Source: Octopus bimaculoides (lineage: Eukaryota). Taken from it: a stretch of 52,645 nt of DNA. This document shows positions 10,890-25,740 of the stretch, piece after piece. The notes below the pieces were generated by a model. It was given only the letters and a program-made list of their open reading frames with translations, was not told the origin of the DNA and made no database searches. The position numbers and the translations under genes were made by a program. Position 1 is the stretch's first letter; each line of letters opens with the position of its first letter. The stretch lies in contig NC_069000.1 in assembly GCF_001194135.2 (NCBI RefSeq), positions 2,148,258-2,200,902 on the forward strand. Reading direction: 5' to 3'.

Positions 10890-12422
10890 TTCATTTACAA
10901 TTACACCTTATTCCCTTCATTAAATTGTCGGACGAGAGATGCTGGTCGTTACAGTGTTAAGATATGGGGGTTTGTTTCAACAAAATTCTTGACGGTCATG
11001 GCTGGAATATCTTTGAAAATATGTTAGTCCTGTCATTCCTAATCTTGGATCAAATGGCAAAATCATAAATTCCTTCTGTAGTAGTGAATGTGTAACACAT
11101 TATAATTATTAGTTTCGTCCTTTGAGTTCAAACCATCTGATGGCGATGTTTGCTTTCACCATTCATTACTACGGTAGCAATAAAATCATTAACAAGCTTG
11201 TGTACTTGTGTCGAATTTATCTCGCTCTGTTTATTCCTTTACAGTAGAGCTATGACACTGTGAGAAATCGATTTTGTGTTCTATTATATATGTCTCCAAG
11301 TGATTTGTTCTGATGAATCTATATAATCCATTCAATGGATTATATTTCGGAAAAAGCTCGTAAGTGATTATGCTAGAAAGAGTCGCTTTTTGAAAATGAA
11401 TGTTTACTGTAAAAGCCTGTGGCTTATATTATGTAACTGCAAATAAACCGAGAATGGGTTCTTTTGTTAAGTCCGTGGCCTGAGAGTTGGAAATGTTTCG
11501 GACTGTAAATAAGTAAATAAAATACAGCACAAACAAATATTATGGTGCTAGAGGTAAGCTGTAATAAACTAGACATTCTAAATGTATTCTAGGTTTGTCA
11601 TACAAACACACATACACAAATACAGACCCCCTCCACACACAGATACATACAATCTCACAGACAAGCACAAGCATAGACAAATACATACACAGACATACCA
11701 GCAGACACGCAAACTAACTTCAAGGTATATAGAAACAGAAACACACACTCACACACACGAAAACACACGCACATACACGCACATATACACATTCAGACAC
11801 ACGTGTATAAACCATACACATACAGATACACACACACATACTTATATATATATGNNNNNNNNNNNNNNNNNNNNNNNNNNNNNNNNNNNNNNNNNNNNNN
11901 NNNNNNNNNNNNNNNNNNNNNNNNNNNNNNNNNNNNNNNNNNNNNNNNNNNNNNNNNNNNNNNNNNNNNNNNNNNNNNNNNNNNNNNNNNNNNNNNNNNN
12001 NNNNNNNNNNNNNNNNNNNNNNNNNNNNNNNNNNNNNNNNNNNNNNNNNNNNNNNNNNNNNNNNNNNNNNNNNNNNNNNNNNNNNNNNNNNNNNNNNNNN
12101 NNNNNNNNNNNNNNNNNNNNNNNNNNNNNNNNNNNNNNNNNNNNNNNNNNNNNNNNNNNNNNNNNNNNNNNNNNNNNNNNNNNNNNNNNNNNNNNNNNNN
12201 NNNNNNNNNNNNNNNNNNNNNNNNNNNNNNNNNNNNNNNNNNNNNNNNCTCACTATTAGTGACTTTACTCAAGTACGTTCTTGTTCCCTGTAGAATTTAT
12301 CTAGGAATCCACAAGATTTCAAGTCTTTCAGGTGTCACGGTACAATAGGATTTTGCATCTACACATGTAAACATCTCTCTCTCTCTCTCTAGCTCTATCT
12401 CTCTCTAGCTCTATATCTCTAG

Positions 12423-12463
<41 letters not shown>

Positions 12464-14799
12464 CATCTATATATATCTTTACGACACAGTGAAAGATGTG
12501 CACATCTACATAATCTCAGACCACTTTAAAATGGCTTAATCAAGTGTTATGTTGTAATGGTTATTTATAGAAATGAACCCATTAGAGGAGAGCAACTGTA
12601 CACAAGCTACGAAGTGAGATATCTATATTCTTTTGATGTGTTTCTATCGTCTTCTAAGGGGCAGAATGTTTGAAGGATCCATTTTAAGCTGTCATCAAGT
12701 AAAATAAACTGGATAACATCTTGTTTGAAAATTCTTCAATCAAAGCATTGAGATATGGACTTGAAATTTATCACAGCTCAAATGAAATATTCATATAAAT
12801 AACACCTCATGATAAAGGAGCTTAATTTTATATAAATATATCGAGAAAATAAGATAGAAAATGAGACCTATAGATAATTCAAAAATGTGCTATAGACGGG
12901 AAATCAACCAACTCGAAACATAAGCAGAATGAAATTCCACAACCTGTTTGACGCCTACGTGCCAAAATGTTTGCCAAAGGAATTGACAATAACTAAATCA
13001 CTATGATCAAACGAAACGACAAAGTGGTATAGCAATATAATTTCAGACGCCGAAATCACCACAATAAATTTAATCAAATTCTTTAATGGTCTTTCCAAAA
13101 TTCCAATTTCTAGAGATATCGTTCGAAAAGTTAATACTTAAAGAGACTGTTTGACGCTAATAACACCAGAACCAATCGCGACTTCAAACTGATAAATGAT
13201 ATTGGGAAATGTATGCTAGCTTTATATATTTAAAACATTGTCAAAAACTACCTTATCATACTGCAAAGTCTTTTAAATCACATTTATTTTTAAAACATCC
13301 TACGGACGTTTATTTACCGAAAATCTTTATATCTTTCAGTCATCTTAAGATTTGGCAAAAGCTAGTAAAGACTTTAGTTATCTAAGAAGGTGTAATAAGA
13401 CTCTATTATTCCCGGAGTTGTCACCGTTCTTGCCAAAAATGAGGTTCATTTTCGTTGCATGCGTACATGGGAATTTTAATTAACTTTCGGTAATATAAAT
13501 TTTGGAATTGACTCGTCAGCTTTACTTCTGCAGTATTAATCAATAGGTAAATGTCGGGTCATTTTCGTTCTCATTTCTTCGCCAGAAGTGTAATGTTAAT
13601 TAATTAAATTAACAACATTAAGCATGTTATCAATAGTCAAACTATCTGATAATGACAATATCTAATTCTACCATTTAGTAAGACGACTGAACAAGATAAT
13701 TTTCACGATGACGATCGGATAGTTAAAAACTGAAAGAACTAAATTTCCTAAAATTATAAACTAACAACTGACTGGGAAATGGAAATTTTATATGAAAACA
13801 AGATCGAAACAATGATGGTAAGGATGTGACTGGAATACTTTCGATAAAACAAGATATTTGCTCTAGTAGGTGGAGAACACAATAACTTCCAATAATATGG
13901 TACATGAAGGAGCTGGCTGCATTTACAAAAATACAAATCGAAAATCTTGGCAATGTACATCATTCTATAGAAACAGTTGTTTATGTTCAGAAGTTGCTGC
14001 GATTTATTTTTCTCAGAAATGAACTCGAAAATTATGACGAAAATCAAGTAGCCTAAATTTTGTTTATTTCTTCTTCTGATACGTTTGTATTTTAAAAGTT
14101 TGGTACATAAATTAAAACTTAATACATAAATCGACTGAAATAATACATCAAATATCACAATTATTATACGTTTTTTTTTTTACATTTGTAATTTATTGCG
14201 TATTTGAGGAACGGACTTCTGAAAATACTGTTTGCTACAAACGTCAATGCTACGAATGTACAGGTGGCCGAACAATTAGCAAGTTCAATTAATTAATATG
14301 CGTAGAAGAAATATTAGAAATTCTATAAGCAGCTCATTGTGATCTGTATGCTGTATCTTTATAGAACACTATCTCATATTTTAGAACATCAATATATAAC
14401 TAACTGAGAATAATCTTATTATATATTCAAATCTCAAATATGCAAATTTTGTACAATAATTTAGTATTTTGTATTTTTACAAACCCAGCTATATAACTCA
14501 ATAAACTTGCTTGATATATATTTTAACACATTAAAATAGTATTGTATCTGTAAATAACAATTAACTGTTTTAGTTATAAAACAAAACCCCGCATCGGAAG
14601 TAACTTTTGTCGGTTATTTTGCTGTGTGCTGTACTTCGATCTTAGAGAAAGTCTGAGCATACCAGAATATAGAAAAATACAGAAGCACATGCGCACACAT
14701 TCACAAGCACATACATGCACACATAGATATACAGTTATGCATAAGAAGACATTCACATACACATATAAACACACATATAAACATGCACGGATAGGTGTG

Positions 14800-15019
14800 T
14801 CGTAAAGCACTTTACAGGACCAGTCTCTTCCCTCGCACCTCTGAACGTTGGAATTCCCTTCCACAGCCTTGCTTTCTTTTTCAATATGACCTCCAGTCTT
14901 TTAAGTTTAATGTACACCGTCACCTATTGACTTCTGCCAAGCGTCCATTTTATACTAGTAGCTCTTAATGTTTTCAGTGGTCTAAGGACCTTGTAACGAG
15001 CGAATGCTTAAAAAAAAAT
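14800..15019 (+). mobile_element. 3' end of a CR1/Jockey-type LINE with A-tail
   Basis: Reads 'QSLFPRTSERWNSLPQPCF..YDLQSFKFNVHRHL', the typical FFPRT..LWNSLP...NLQSFK C-terminus, followed by a short 3' UTR and an A-run at ~15011-15019. Confidence 0.7.
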
Positions 15020-15861
15020 ACATACATGCTTAAATACGTACCTAAACGCACCTACATGCTCACGCTAGCGACAGTTCCACCGCCTCTTCGGTCTTCGAAA
15101 CTTCCCTCCTAAAGTATTGGTCAAGGGAAAGATACAATAAGTATATATTACCGAAAGTATCATGCATAGAGCCGAATCAACAACATTGATGTTTCAGAGG
15201 GTGTTTCGCCACCGCTTAGCTATTCACGACATCATATATGATCTAAAATATATTTCTTCATATCGAAACTTTTGACCGCTGAAAAACTTTTGAAGAGGTT
15301 TCCCTCTTTTGTTTCTGCTTATCGTCCTACATCGCTATATTTTCTACAAAATCCCTAATTAAATAAACAAGATTTTCGAACAATTACGTTTCCTTTTCAA
15401 GATTTAAAATTTTTATCACTTCTATTCATCATTTTGGATTTTCTTTTGTTTTTTAATGTCGTTATTTAATTTAATTTCATTCAAAATTTAATTGCAATGT
15501 GAAAAGTAACGATGACAATATTCTTTTACTGGGATAAATTACAGTCATTTAAGATACATCAAATAAATGGCTTAGGATTAGATTAAAACTATAAATTCTT
15601 CGTAAATGACATTTTTCTAATAATTCCCTGAAGAGGTTATATGTTAATCAGGTTTTCGCATCATTCTCTCGATGTCCCCCCCCCATCACCTTGCTTCATT
15701 ATACAAAGAACACAGTTTTAAACCACAGCTATCTTTCCTATACGTCAATGAAACTCTATTATAGCAATATATTGATTTAATAGACAGATGTGCTATACCT
15801 ACTTGTATTACTATTATTAATATAATTATATTTTTATTTATTCATTTGCATTTGTACGTCT

Positions 15862-15942
15862 TTCTTCTTCTTCTTCTTCTTCTTCTTCTTCTTCTTCTTC
15901 TTCTTCTTCTTCTTCTTCTTCTTCTTCTTCTTCTTCTTCTTC
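15862..15942. repeat. (TCT)n microsatellite
   Basis: Direct inspection. Confidence 0.98.
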
Positions 15943-16933
15943 AGTCTCTAAGATACACGAATGGAAACTGAAGTGAATTGGATTATAGAGAAAATAAGTT
16001 TTCCATTTTCATAAAATGGCATTTCACCTCAACAATTATCCTGTTATTCAGACACTCCGTCACTCTCTTTATTTGTCTGCTCCTGTCTTACACATACATA
16101 TGTACGTGTGTGTGTTTGTGTGAGTGGATGTGTGTGAGTGTGTATGTACATACATATATATGTATATATTTGTATGTGTGTCTATACATATATATGTATA
16201 ATATATATCGACGTTAGAAAAACAGCTTCTCAATAAAGGTTAGTAACATTGCGGTAAAATATTTGATAACATTTCAAATATATATATTTAAAAACTTCAC
16301 CTTTAGATCTCATTGTGACGTTTTTTTTTGTTTTGTATTTTAGGCCCCTTTAACTGATAATAATGAAATGCTTTATGTCATCCCTATTTCTGGCCATTTA
16401 CCACTATCTTACTGACTTCTTCTGAGGTATGTTTCTGTATGTGGCCGTAGGAAACTTATAGCCAGAGTAAATTAGGGTTTGGGAGAGTATCTGACAGTAA
16501 TTAATTTATTATCAGTAGCTAGAACTTAACGGTCAAATTCCCGTGGTTTAATTCAGAGTCGACGTAGCATACTAGTCGCATTAGTTCTTTTGATAGTGAT
16601 AAGGAGATAGATAAAAATAGTAGCTATATTACCATCTCATGCCCCCTCCCCCTTATTCTCTTCTGCCACTCTAAATTATTGTTAGGCTATTTTCTCTCTC
16701 TAAGTTCATTCTGCTACAATAATAGCAGCATGTTATTCTTTCATTCTCTATTTCTGACGAAATATTTGCTAAAAAGTATAGTGAAATATCCTGTATGTTG
16801 AAAACATATATTGTGCATCTAAAGATGACGGTGTATTTCAAATTGATGTAATGCTTGCATTGTTCGATTAAATGGAACCGCCCGAAACGTCCGTAATGCA
16901 CTAATACTTTAACATCCTTGTTACTTATCTGAT

Positions 16934-16973
<40 letters not shown>

Positions 16974-17461
16974 TGACATGACCGCTGACCTTAAGACACA
17001 CATAGACGCATGTCTAATGCTGATTTGTAGATGTTTATATATACATGATTAGTAAATTTACATGACTACGTTGGATAAGTAGAAGTTTTCTCCATGTAAT
17101 TAAAAGTGAATAATTAGAATGATATTTCTTAACCGGTTAATCTTTTAATGCATTTTTTTAATGTCCCCAATAAATAGACACGGTGGTGTCTTCTATTTAG
17201 AAATTAAGCTTCCACTAATTACATATCACAATATTTTATTATTTTACTTAATTGTACACCTATAAGGATATTGGGATTATATTTTCGTTTATAGTTTTAT
17301 TTTTTTGTCTTTTCGTTTTTCGTTTCAATTATACTTGAGTGTTTTGAATTTTCTTTAAGATTTCATCATTATAATCGGTCGAAATAATTATTTCTCGACA
17401 AGACATGATAGAAGAGAGACAGAAAAAGAAATAGAATGAAGCCAGTAAATAACTAAATGCA

Positions 17462-17521
<60 letters not shown>

Positions 17522-17550
17522 GATGAAGATGATGATGATGATGATGATGA
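17462..17550. repeat. Compound (ACT)n-(GAT)n microsatellite
   Basis: Direct inspection. Confidence 0.97.
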
Positions 17551-19469
17551 TACAGTAACATCAAATATATTTTAAAAAAGCATCTGTGTAAAGTAAAAAT
17601 ATATAACTTCATTCCTTTCTTGTTTTATATAATTGATAATTACAGGAAAATACTTTTACTGACAGCTAGAAGAAATGTCAAAATAAAGAGGAAAACAAAT
17701 TGATCACACTTAATAAGGACGTCACTGCAATAGCCTACAGACAAATTGAGTTTTACAATTCAATTCTTTCTGTATTTTTTCCCCTCCCTATGATTTAATA
17801 ACTTAACGAGAAATAAGTTTCCTTTTTGAATTTTCTCTTAATAAAGAACAAATATATTTCAAAAGAATTTCTTACATTCATTAGTGTTATTATTGAACAT
17901 TGTCAAAATTGTAAATATTCGTTATCTATGCAATTCTAAATAAATCATGTAGATATACATGACTAGAAAAAAAAAGTTAAAAGAAAATGAGTTCCGACAG
18001 TTGAGTGTTCATTCCGCGTTTAATTTCTGAATTCTATGCGATCTTTGTCGAACTGACACGATGTAGCACTAATTTCTTCATTCGTTTTTGTTCGGCACAT
18101 CACTAATTTAATGCAGCAGTAACATATCTATTTATTTATTCTGTCTCAGCACTTAAAGATGTTCAATGCACGGTCCGTTCAGTTTTGCGTTATTGAATCA
18201 TGATTCGAGCGATGCATATTTCCGGTTAACATTAGAGATTGATTGCATTTCACTGGGTGCCGAAGGTTCTGTTTCCGCGTGGCGTGGAAGGCGATGGTTT
18301 GTAGCGGAGAATAAATTTAGAATTCGCATTACTTAAATGGTTGTGTGGACTAGGGAAAGTTTCAATCTTTTACGTGGTACGTTCCATAACATCGTGGATT
18401 TTCTTAAGATGTGAAATGTTACAATAGTGACCCTTAAAATTTTCTGCAACAAAGGGGGAGAAAAATTTTTTTTTACTCTAGTAGAATTTAGTATTACATT
18501 TTAGGTTGGCCAAAATTCTTGGTCATATTTTCGTATTGCGTTTTCCATCTTATGTACTACTATGTAACTACAAAACGTGAGCCTATTTATAAAGACCAAC
18601 AGATAGTGAAATAATATTTTCCCAAAACAATATTTTCCCAAAATCCTCTTAACAGAAACAAGTGCGTAAGTTCCAGTGACATCGAAAGCGTCGATAGACG
18701 AAATCACTTAAACTCCATATAAAAATTCTACCTTAATTCTAAGTTTCGACTCGTAAATTTAATATAACTTGCATACCTATAAATTTGCATACCTATAAAT
18801 TACGATTCTTACTTCTGAAGCGAAAATTAAATCTGTCTTGAAAAATATCAAACGTTCGAAATATTGATAACTACTTTTTGCTCGGGGGGAATACAACTAT
18901 ACAACGTTTATATTTATTTTTAATTTGAATACCTTACTTGCTGTAATTATAGCATTTTACATCTGGATTCAACTTCTCTTAAAAAACCCTGAAAACAAAA
19001 AACAACAAAAAAATTCACTATTGTAAAATTCCTCTCAAATTTAATGCGAAAGAAATTTGAGTAATGATTCAAAAGATAGCACCACAGAAGTACTAAAGTA
19101 ATAATTGTTTAAACTTGAATGCCTAGTTGTAACTATTTGCTTCTAATTAAATTCATGACAAACTGCCGTATCTCATTAATGACTGTTTTCAATGGCAACA
19201 AAATAGTCTCACAAGAAAATTAACTGACATTTTTTTAATTATATGTCTTCGATTTATTATATTATTTTATATTACATAGTTTTATTATTTTATGCCATTG
19301 ATACCCCTTATTTATTTCCGTTTTGTTGCTGTTTCCTTTCCCTTTCTTTCCCTATTATGTGGTGGTTGCGACTGCATTATTTGATTATGACATATGATTT
19401 GAGAATGCTTTCAGTCGGTTGAGTTATTGTTTTAGGAATGAAGAAGGAATGAGAAATAGAGAGCCAGAC

Positions 19470-19493
19470 AGATAGATAGATAAATATAGAGAG

Positions 19494-19572
<79 letters not shown>

Positions 19573-19609
19573 AAAAGAGCGAGAGAGAGAAAGAGAAGGC
19601 GAGAGAGAG

Positions 19610-19643
<34 letters not shown>

Positions 19644-19665
19644 AGAGAGAGAGAGATAGAGAGAG
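19470..19665. repeat. Compound (GA)n/(GATA)n microsatellite
   Basis: Direct inspection. Confidence 0.95.
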
Positions 19666-19830
19666 TTAAAATGGACAGGAAGAAAAAATGTAAGACTTTA
19701 ATTAAATATTTCATTGCACGTCATTCGCACAATTCGCAGTCATTTAGATATTCATAGAAGTGAGGAAGAGACCTGTTTTCAGCATGGTTAGTAGTAGAAG
19801 TAGTAGCCGACGCAGTAGTAGCCGACGCAA

Positions 19831-19863
<33 letters not shown>

Positions 19864-20384
19864 AACTAAAAGTCAAATGTGTTCACCACATTCTATTTAT
19901 TTGAAATTAAAAGCTAAAAGAGAGGAAATTACACATCTGAAACTATAAATTATGAGACGATGAAAATGTTGATAATGATACATAGAACATATATTTGTGT
20001 CTTTTGTCTTTTTGGGTCTTTTTTCTGTTGGTGTGTGTTTTATTTGGTTAATGTTTATTGCATTTAATTTCAACGTTTGTATGGCGCTCTGCTATTTTCT
20101 ATGACTCAGGTCAAATCGATTGCTCACATTGTGTTGGATTATAGAAGATCTGACCTGAATGTTTTATCATATTTTACCCTTACTTAAACCGTCATCGGTT
20201 GACAACGACAGCAATAGCAATAACAATAACAACAGCAACAACGAAAACTAAGAATTAAAAAAAAAAACCGAATTCATTGATCTTGACATGTAATATAAAT
20301 CGAACATGTTGAACTTTAAATCTCTTAAAAGGAAAATTATCACTTTACTGCACTAAATACCATTCTTAAAGCACGAAATATATT

Positions 20385-20597
20385 CTTTTCTACTCCAGGC
20401 ACAAGACCAGAATTTTTGAGGGAAGGAGCCAGTCGGTTAGATCGACTCCAGTATGCAACTGGTACTTAATTTATCGACCCCTAAAGGATAAAACGCAGAG
20501 TCGACCTCGGTGGAATTTGAACTCAGAACATAAAGACAAACGAAATACCGCTAAGCATTTCGCCCACCGTGCTAACGTTTCTGCCAGCTCGCCGCCT
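20385..20597 (-). mobile_element. tRNA-derived SINE (second family), well preserved
   Basis: Minus strand: 'ggcgagctggcagaaacgttagcac...gagttcaaattccaccgaggtcgactctgcgttttatcc...gtcgataaattaagtaccagt', with A-box-like and B-box-like motifs. Confidence 0.85.
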
Positions 20598-23552
20598 TTA
20601 CATAGATTATATATAGACGCAGTCATAGCTAAGAAGGTTGCTATGCAACGTTGTGGATCCAGTTTCAGTTACACTGCGCAGTCCATGTAAGACATTCCAT
20701 GGATTCTCCAACTGAGATTCTTTAGAGGTACAAAAGCTCACACTTAAGTTTGTGCATGGACCGTAGAACCAATATAGCAACTGAACCACGTAGTTAGAAA
20801 GTCTTGACATCCACTATCTTAAGAAGAAAAATAAAACTCCATGAAGCATTGAAACTCTACTCTCTCCAGCGCCGCCAAGAGCCAAGAAATGTCGTTAAGG
20901 ATTTTGTCCGATGCTTTACGTTATAAAATAAATTGTTCAGATATAAAATAAATAAGCAGGCAAAGGCTATCGAAATATACAAATATACATAGACGTTTCA
21001 CTAGACATACACACATCCATCCATCCATCCATACGCGCGCACACACACACACACACACATATATATATGTGTGTGTGTGTGTGTATTATACAAATGATAT
21101 TCTCTCACACACACACATGCACAAACCCACACACTCACACACACATGCAAGCATGCACACGTATCCAATGAAACCACTCGCAGAAGACTGTGCAGTATGT
21201 ATGTATTTGTGTGGATGAACGCATGTCTGTATGTGTACATCGGGTTTCCCTTACATACATGGTTCACACAAGTTGCACTGATTGACAGACGCTCCCGAGT
21301 CACTCTCGACGTCAATTATTCTGTAAAATAGCGATTGGTCCGTTGAGAATTTGAAACTAATCGGCGATATAGAATAAATAAATAAATAGGTAAACAGATA
21401 AAGTGATAGCCACTTGTAATAGACTAATGTACAAACAATAAATATATAGATAATAGATAAATAATATCAGTAGATGCGACGGTACAAAGTCTAATCGCTT
21501 AGATGATGGTGCTCGAATTTATAGAGGCGGACAACTAAAAGGAATGCGATGTTTATAGATGTTTAACTTTCACTGTCTCTACGCCCCCCTCTCTCGCTGT
21601 ATGTACACAAACTCATATACATACATAGACACACACTCATATCTGTATGTATCTATATATACATAGGCATATATATAATTATGTGTGTATGTGTATACAT
21701 ATATGTATATACGTATATATTACTCTTCCCTATGTGTGTTTGCATATATATATACATATACATGTTTTATATATGTATATATATATACGCACACATGTAT
21801 ATATAGGTACGTATATATATATATATATATATATNNNNNNNNNNNNNNNNNNNNNNNNNNNNNNNNNNNNNNNNNNNNNNNNNNNNNNNNNNNNNNNNNN
21901 NNNNNNNNNNNNNNNNNNNNNNNNNNNNNNNNNNNNNNNNNNNNNNNNNNNNNNNNNNNNNNNNNNNNNNNNNNNNNNNNNNNNNNNNNNNNNNNNNNNN
22001 NNNNNNNNNNNNNNNNNNNNNNNNNNNNNNNNNNNNNNNNNNNNNNNNNNNNNNNNNNNNNNNNNNNNNNNNNNNNNNNNNNNNNNNNNNNNNNNNNNNN
22101 NNNNNNNNNNNNNNNNNNNNNNNNNNNNNNNNNNNNNNNNNNNNNNNNNNNNNNNNNNNNNNNNNNNNNNNNNNNNNNNNNNNNNNNNNNNNNNNNNNNN
22201 NNNNNNNNNNNNNNNNNNNNNNNNNNNNNNNNNNNNNNNNNNNNNNNNNNNNNNNNNNNNNNNNNNNNNNNNNNNNNNNNNNNNNNNNNNNNNNNNNNNN
22301 NNNNNNNNNNNNNNNNNNNNNNNNNNNNNNNNNNNNNNNNNNNNNNNNNNNNNNNNNNNNNNNNNNNNNNNNNNNNNNNNNNNNNNNNNNNNNNNNNNNN
22401 NNNNNNNNNNNNNNNNNNNNNNNNNNNNNNNNNNNNNNNNNNNNNNNNNNNNNNNNNNNNNNNNNNNNNNNNNNNNNNNNNNNNNNNNNNNNNNNNNNNN
22501 NNNNNNNNNNNNNNNNNNNNNNNNNNNNNNNNNNNNNNNNNNNNNNNNNNNNNNNNNNNNNNNNNNNNNNNNNNNNNNNNNNNNNNNNNNNNNNNNNNNN
22601 NNNNNNNNNNNNNNNNNNNNNNNNNNNNNNNNNNNNNNNNNNNNNNNNNNNNNNNNNNNNNNNNNNNNNNNNNNNNNNNNNNNNNNNNNNNNNNNNNNNN
22701 NNNNNNTATATATATATATATATATGTACATATATGTCTGTCTGTGTGCGGGTATTTGTATGTACGCCGTAAATCTCATCTGTCCAGCCCGTAGTTTATA
22801 AAGTCGACGCTGTGCAATGCTAGCAGCCGTGATTGATTTTGGTGTAACCCTTTACTTACAGAGAACACTTTATTTACTCATGAAACAAACAACAACAAAA
22901 AAAAGAACAAGTTATAATTACTCATTTAACGGTGGAACACACTCAACTAAATCCCTTATCCTGCTGTGCCTGACCCTTTATCTTGCGTGTGTGAGAACAT
23001 AGTGCACAGAAGCAATGCTTAGAAAATATTGAAACGCAAAAATACATATCAAATCTCCTTTTCTCGATATTTGCTTCCTTTTTCTTCTTGCGACTCATTG
23101 TTTATGGTGCATAAAGCTTATATAAATAGATAGTTTATGGTTTCCTTCTTTCTGTTAATTCATACATAAATATAGAGTTATTGTTTGTCGTTTCCAAATC
23201 CAATTGTGATATCTTCGCATGATTACAGAGAATCCATTCCAACCAAAGATTTGCTTTATCTATGTATCATTTTTGATGTATTTAAGAGAAATTTAAATTA
23301 GTTATAGAGAGATATAATGAATTGCAACTTATTCTAATTAGACAATGGAAGAAACCTTATGAATTCTTACTGTAATTAAATATTTATTCAGAATCTCGAA
23401 ACAGAGCATATGTCCTCAAACACAGAAGCATGCGCATCCATGTACATATTAATACTTGCGCTCGAATGCGAAAATATGCAAATATATATCAATATATAAT
23501 AAAATATCATTGTTTATGTGAGTTCATAATTGAATTTTTATATAAAAATTTA

Positions 23553-23596
<44 letters not shown>

Positions 23597-23718
23597 TGTG
23601 TATGGATGCAATTATTAACGTATATTTGTGTGTGGTTGTGTGTGTGTACATGTGTACATGCGTTTTTGTACATGTATAAATATATATAAAACTTAGAAAT
23701 GGATGCGTGGCGTTCGAT

Positions 23719-23748
23719 AATATAATAATAATAATATTAATAATAATA

Positions 23749-23808
<60 letters not shown>

Positions 23809-23810
23809 TA
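23719..23810. repeat. (AAT)n microsatellite
   Basis: Direct inspection. Confidence 0.97.
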
Positions 23811-23958
23811 TATATATTCGTGGATTTATGTGTACTTATAAATCTAATATAAACTAATGCAATACTCATTCGATGCGTAGGTTGTGTGTATGTATATATG
23901 TATGTATGCCTGTATGTATGAATATATGCATATATAATATATATATATGCGTATGTAC

Positions 23959-23993
<35 letters not shown>

Positions 23994-24088
23994 CATACAG
24001 CTTATGTATATGCTTATATATGTGTGTGTGTGTATGTTTATATATATATATGCCAGTACCTATCTAATATATATAAAAGCCCATAGTT

Positions 24089-24171
<83 letters not shown>

Positions 24172-24721
24172 CATATATACTCATATACTCACAAACATAT
24201 ATATATACACATATGCATATATACAGATGTGTATATCTATGTGTGTGTGTGTGTGTGTATGTTTATATTTATATATGCCAGCACCTATATAATATATCAA
24301 AGCATATACTTACACTCACACACACACACACACTCACACACACACAGATTGTTATATATGTTCATATTCCCAGAAACATAGTCGTATGTAATGTTATGCT
24401 CAAATCTTGTAGCAGTCATTTCCAAAGATATGCGTAACTGATAAACACATCTTATTTGAAGCAAATCATCTTAACAAACTGCATTTATAGACAAACGTGG
24501 ATTATACAGAAACCTAAAACCAATTAGTATTTTACTATAATTACACACAAGAATGAATGGTTAAGAATATTTACTTAGCATTCCTTGCTGCATGGGATCG
24601 ATAACTTACAAAACTGCAGTTTGATATCAATGTATATTTTAACATCCTTATGACATTTGAATGAGATGGGCTGGACACAAAACTCTGTCGTAGTTTTGTG
24701 CTAAGGGCGTGATTTTCTTGT

Positions 24722-25191
24722 GACCCCCTTCGGTCATGAATGACCATGGGATTGCACCTAGAAAGTTATCCTCTGGACAAGGTTATTTATGCAAGAGCAG
24801 CAGTCACCCATGCATACCAGCGTCCCCTCTCCATGCCACCGATGTTATCCAAGGAAAAGGCAAACACCGATACAGCTTGGCACCAGTGATGCCGCAGCTC
24901 AATATTAACGTGCAAGCGGGTGAGCACTCCACAGACACGTGTACCCTTAACGTAGTTCTCGGAAAGAGTCAGCGTGACACAAAGTGTGATAAGGCTGGTC
25001 CTTTGAAATACAGGAACAACAGAAACAGGAAGAAAGCGTGAGAGAAAATTGTGGTGAAAAAGTACAACTGAGTTCACCACCACCCCCTGGTAATTAGATG
25101 CTTTCGCTCAATAAACACTCACAATATCCGGTCTGGGAATCGAAACAGCGATCCTACGACTGCGAGTTCGCTACCCTAACCACTGGGCCAT
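24722..25191 (-). mobile_element. Long (~470 bp) tRNA-derived SINE (third family), apparently full length
   Basis: Minus-strand head 'tggcccagtggttagggtagcgaactcgcagtcgtaggatcgctgtttcgattcc' has A and B boxes. The body is GC-rich and the element ends 'ggtgcaatcccatggtcattcatgaccgaaggggtc'. Confidence 0.8.
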
Positions 25192-25654
25192 GATTTTACC
25201 TGAATATTAATTAGATAGGATTGTGAAATGCAAAGTTTTACAGAGTCTACTTGATGATTTGAAATTAAAATTTATAATTACCCTGGAATATAAACGATTT
25301 ATAGTAATTGAAATCGATGAGATTGATAAAACATCTCGAATACTAAGCGTCAAAAGCGACACGAAATCAATGAATGTATGATTAGTTATGGAGAAAATTA
25401 AGAGACTTAATACTGTACGTAAATTTAAGTTACCTAATATAGGCATTTAAGTCCTCATTCCCGTTAATATCTTGCGTTATATGAAGTTGAATATACTCAG
25501 CTATTCGTTCGTATACATGCATAAATATTTATTATTGTTATTATAGTCATAAGATATGGAGTTATTATAATTATTATTGTTGTGAAGCTACCATTTATTA
25601 TGAGTAAAATACATATATATATATATATATTTATTAAGTATATCCAAAGTAGGG

Positions 25655-25740
25655 GCGTTCACGTGGCTGTTTGCACTGCTAAAAATATCAGCCATATTAC
25701 ATATAAACCTTAGACTACCATGTCAATATAAGACCGTGTG
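25655..25740. mobile_element. Degenerate MITE-like repeat fragment
   Basis: 'cacgtggctgtttgcactgctaaaaatatcagcca' resembles a common octopus interspersed repeat end. Recognised from memory only. Confidence 0.35.

Noticed and set aside
12530-13330. Possible Penelope RT remnant
   Set aside because: Only vague motif-like fragments in broken frames; not supportable by eye.
13723-14158. Overlapping ORFs and a protein-like + frame
   Set aside because: No recognisable domain and no consistent splice sites.
18501-18540. Mariner-TIR-like 'ttaggttggccaaaa'
   Set aside because: Too short, and no partner TIR or transposase sequence found.
24736-25083. Two ~100-aa ORFs on opposite strands
   Set aside because: They lie within the GC-rich body of a SINE.
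25140-25191. tRNA-like sequences here and at 6590, 20520 and 48370
   Set aside because: These are SINE heads that run into SINE bodies, with no complete cloverleaf or Pol III terminator.
25207-25446. Hydrophobic 79-aa minus ORF with an open antisense frame
   Set aside because: Composition is explained by AT-richness, and there is no motif or convincing splice context.
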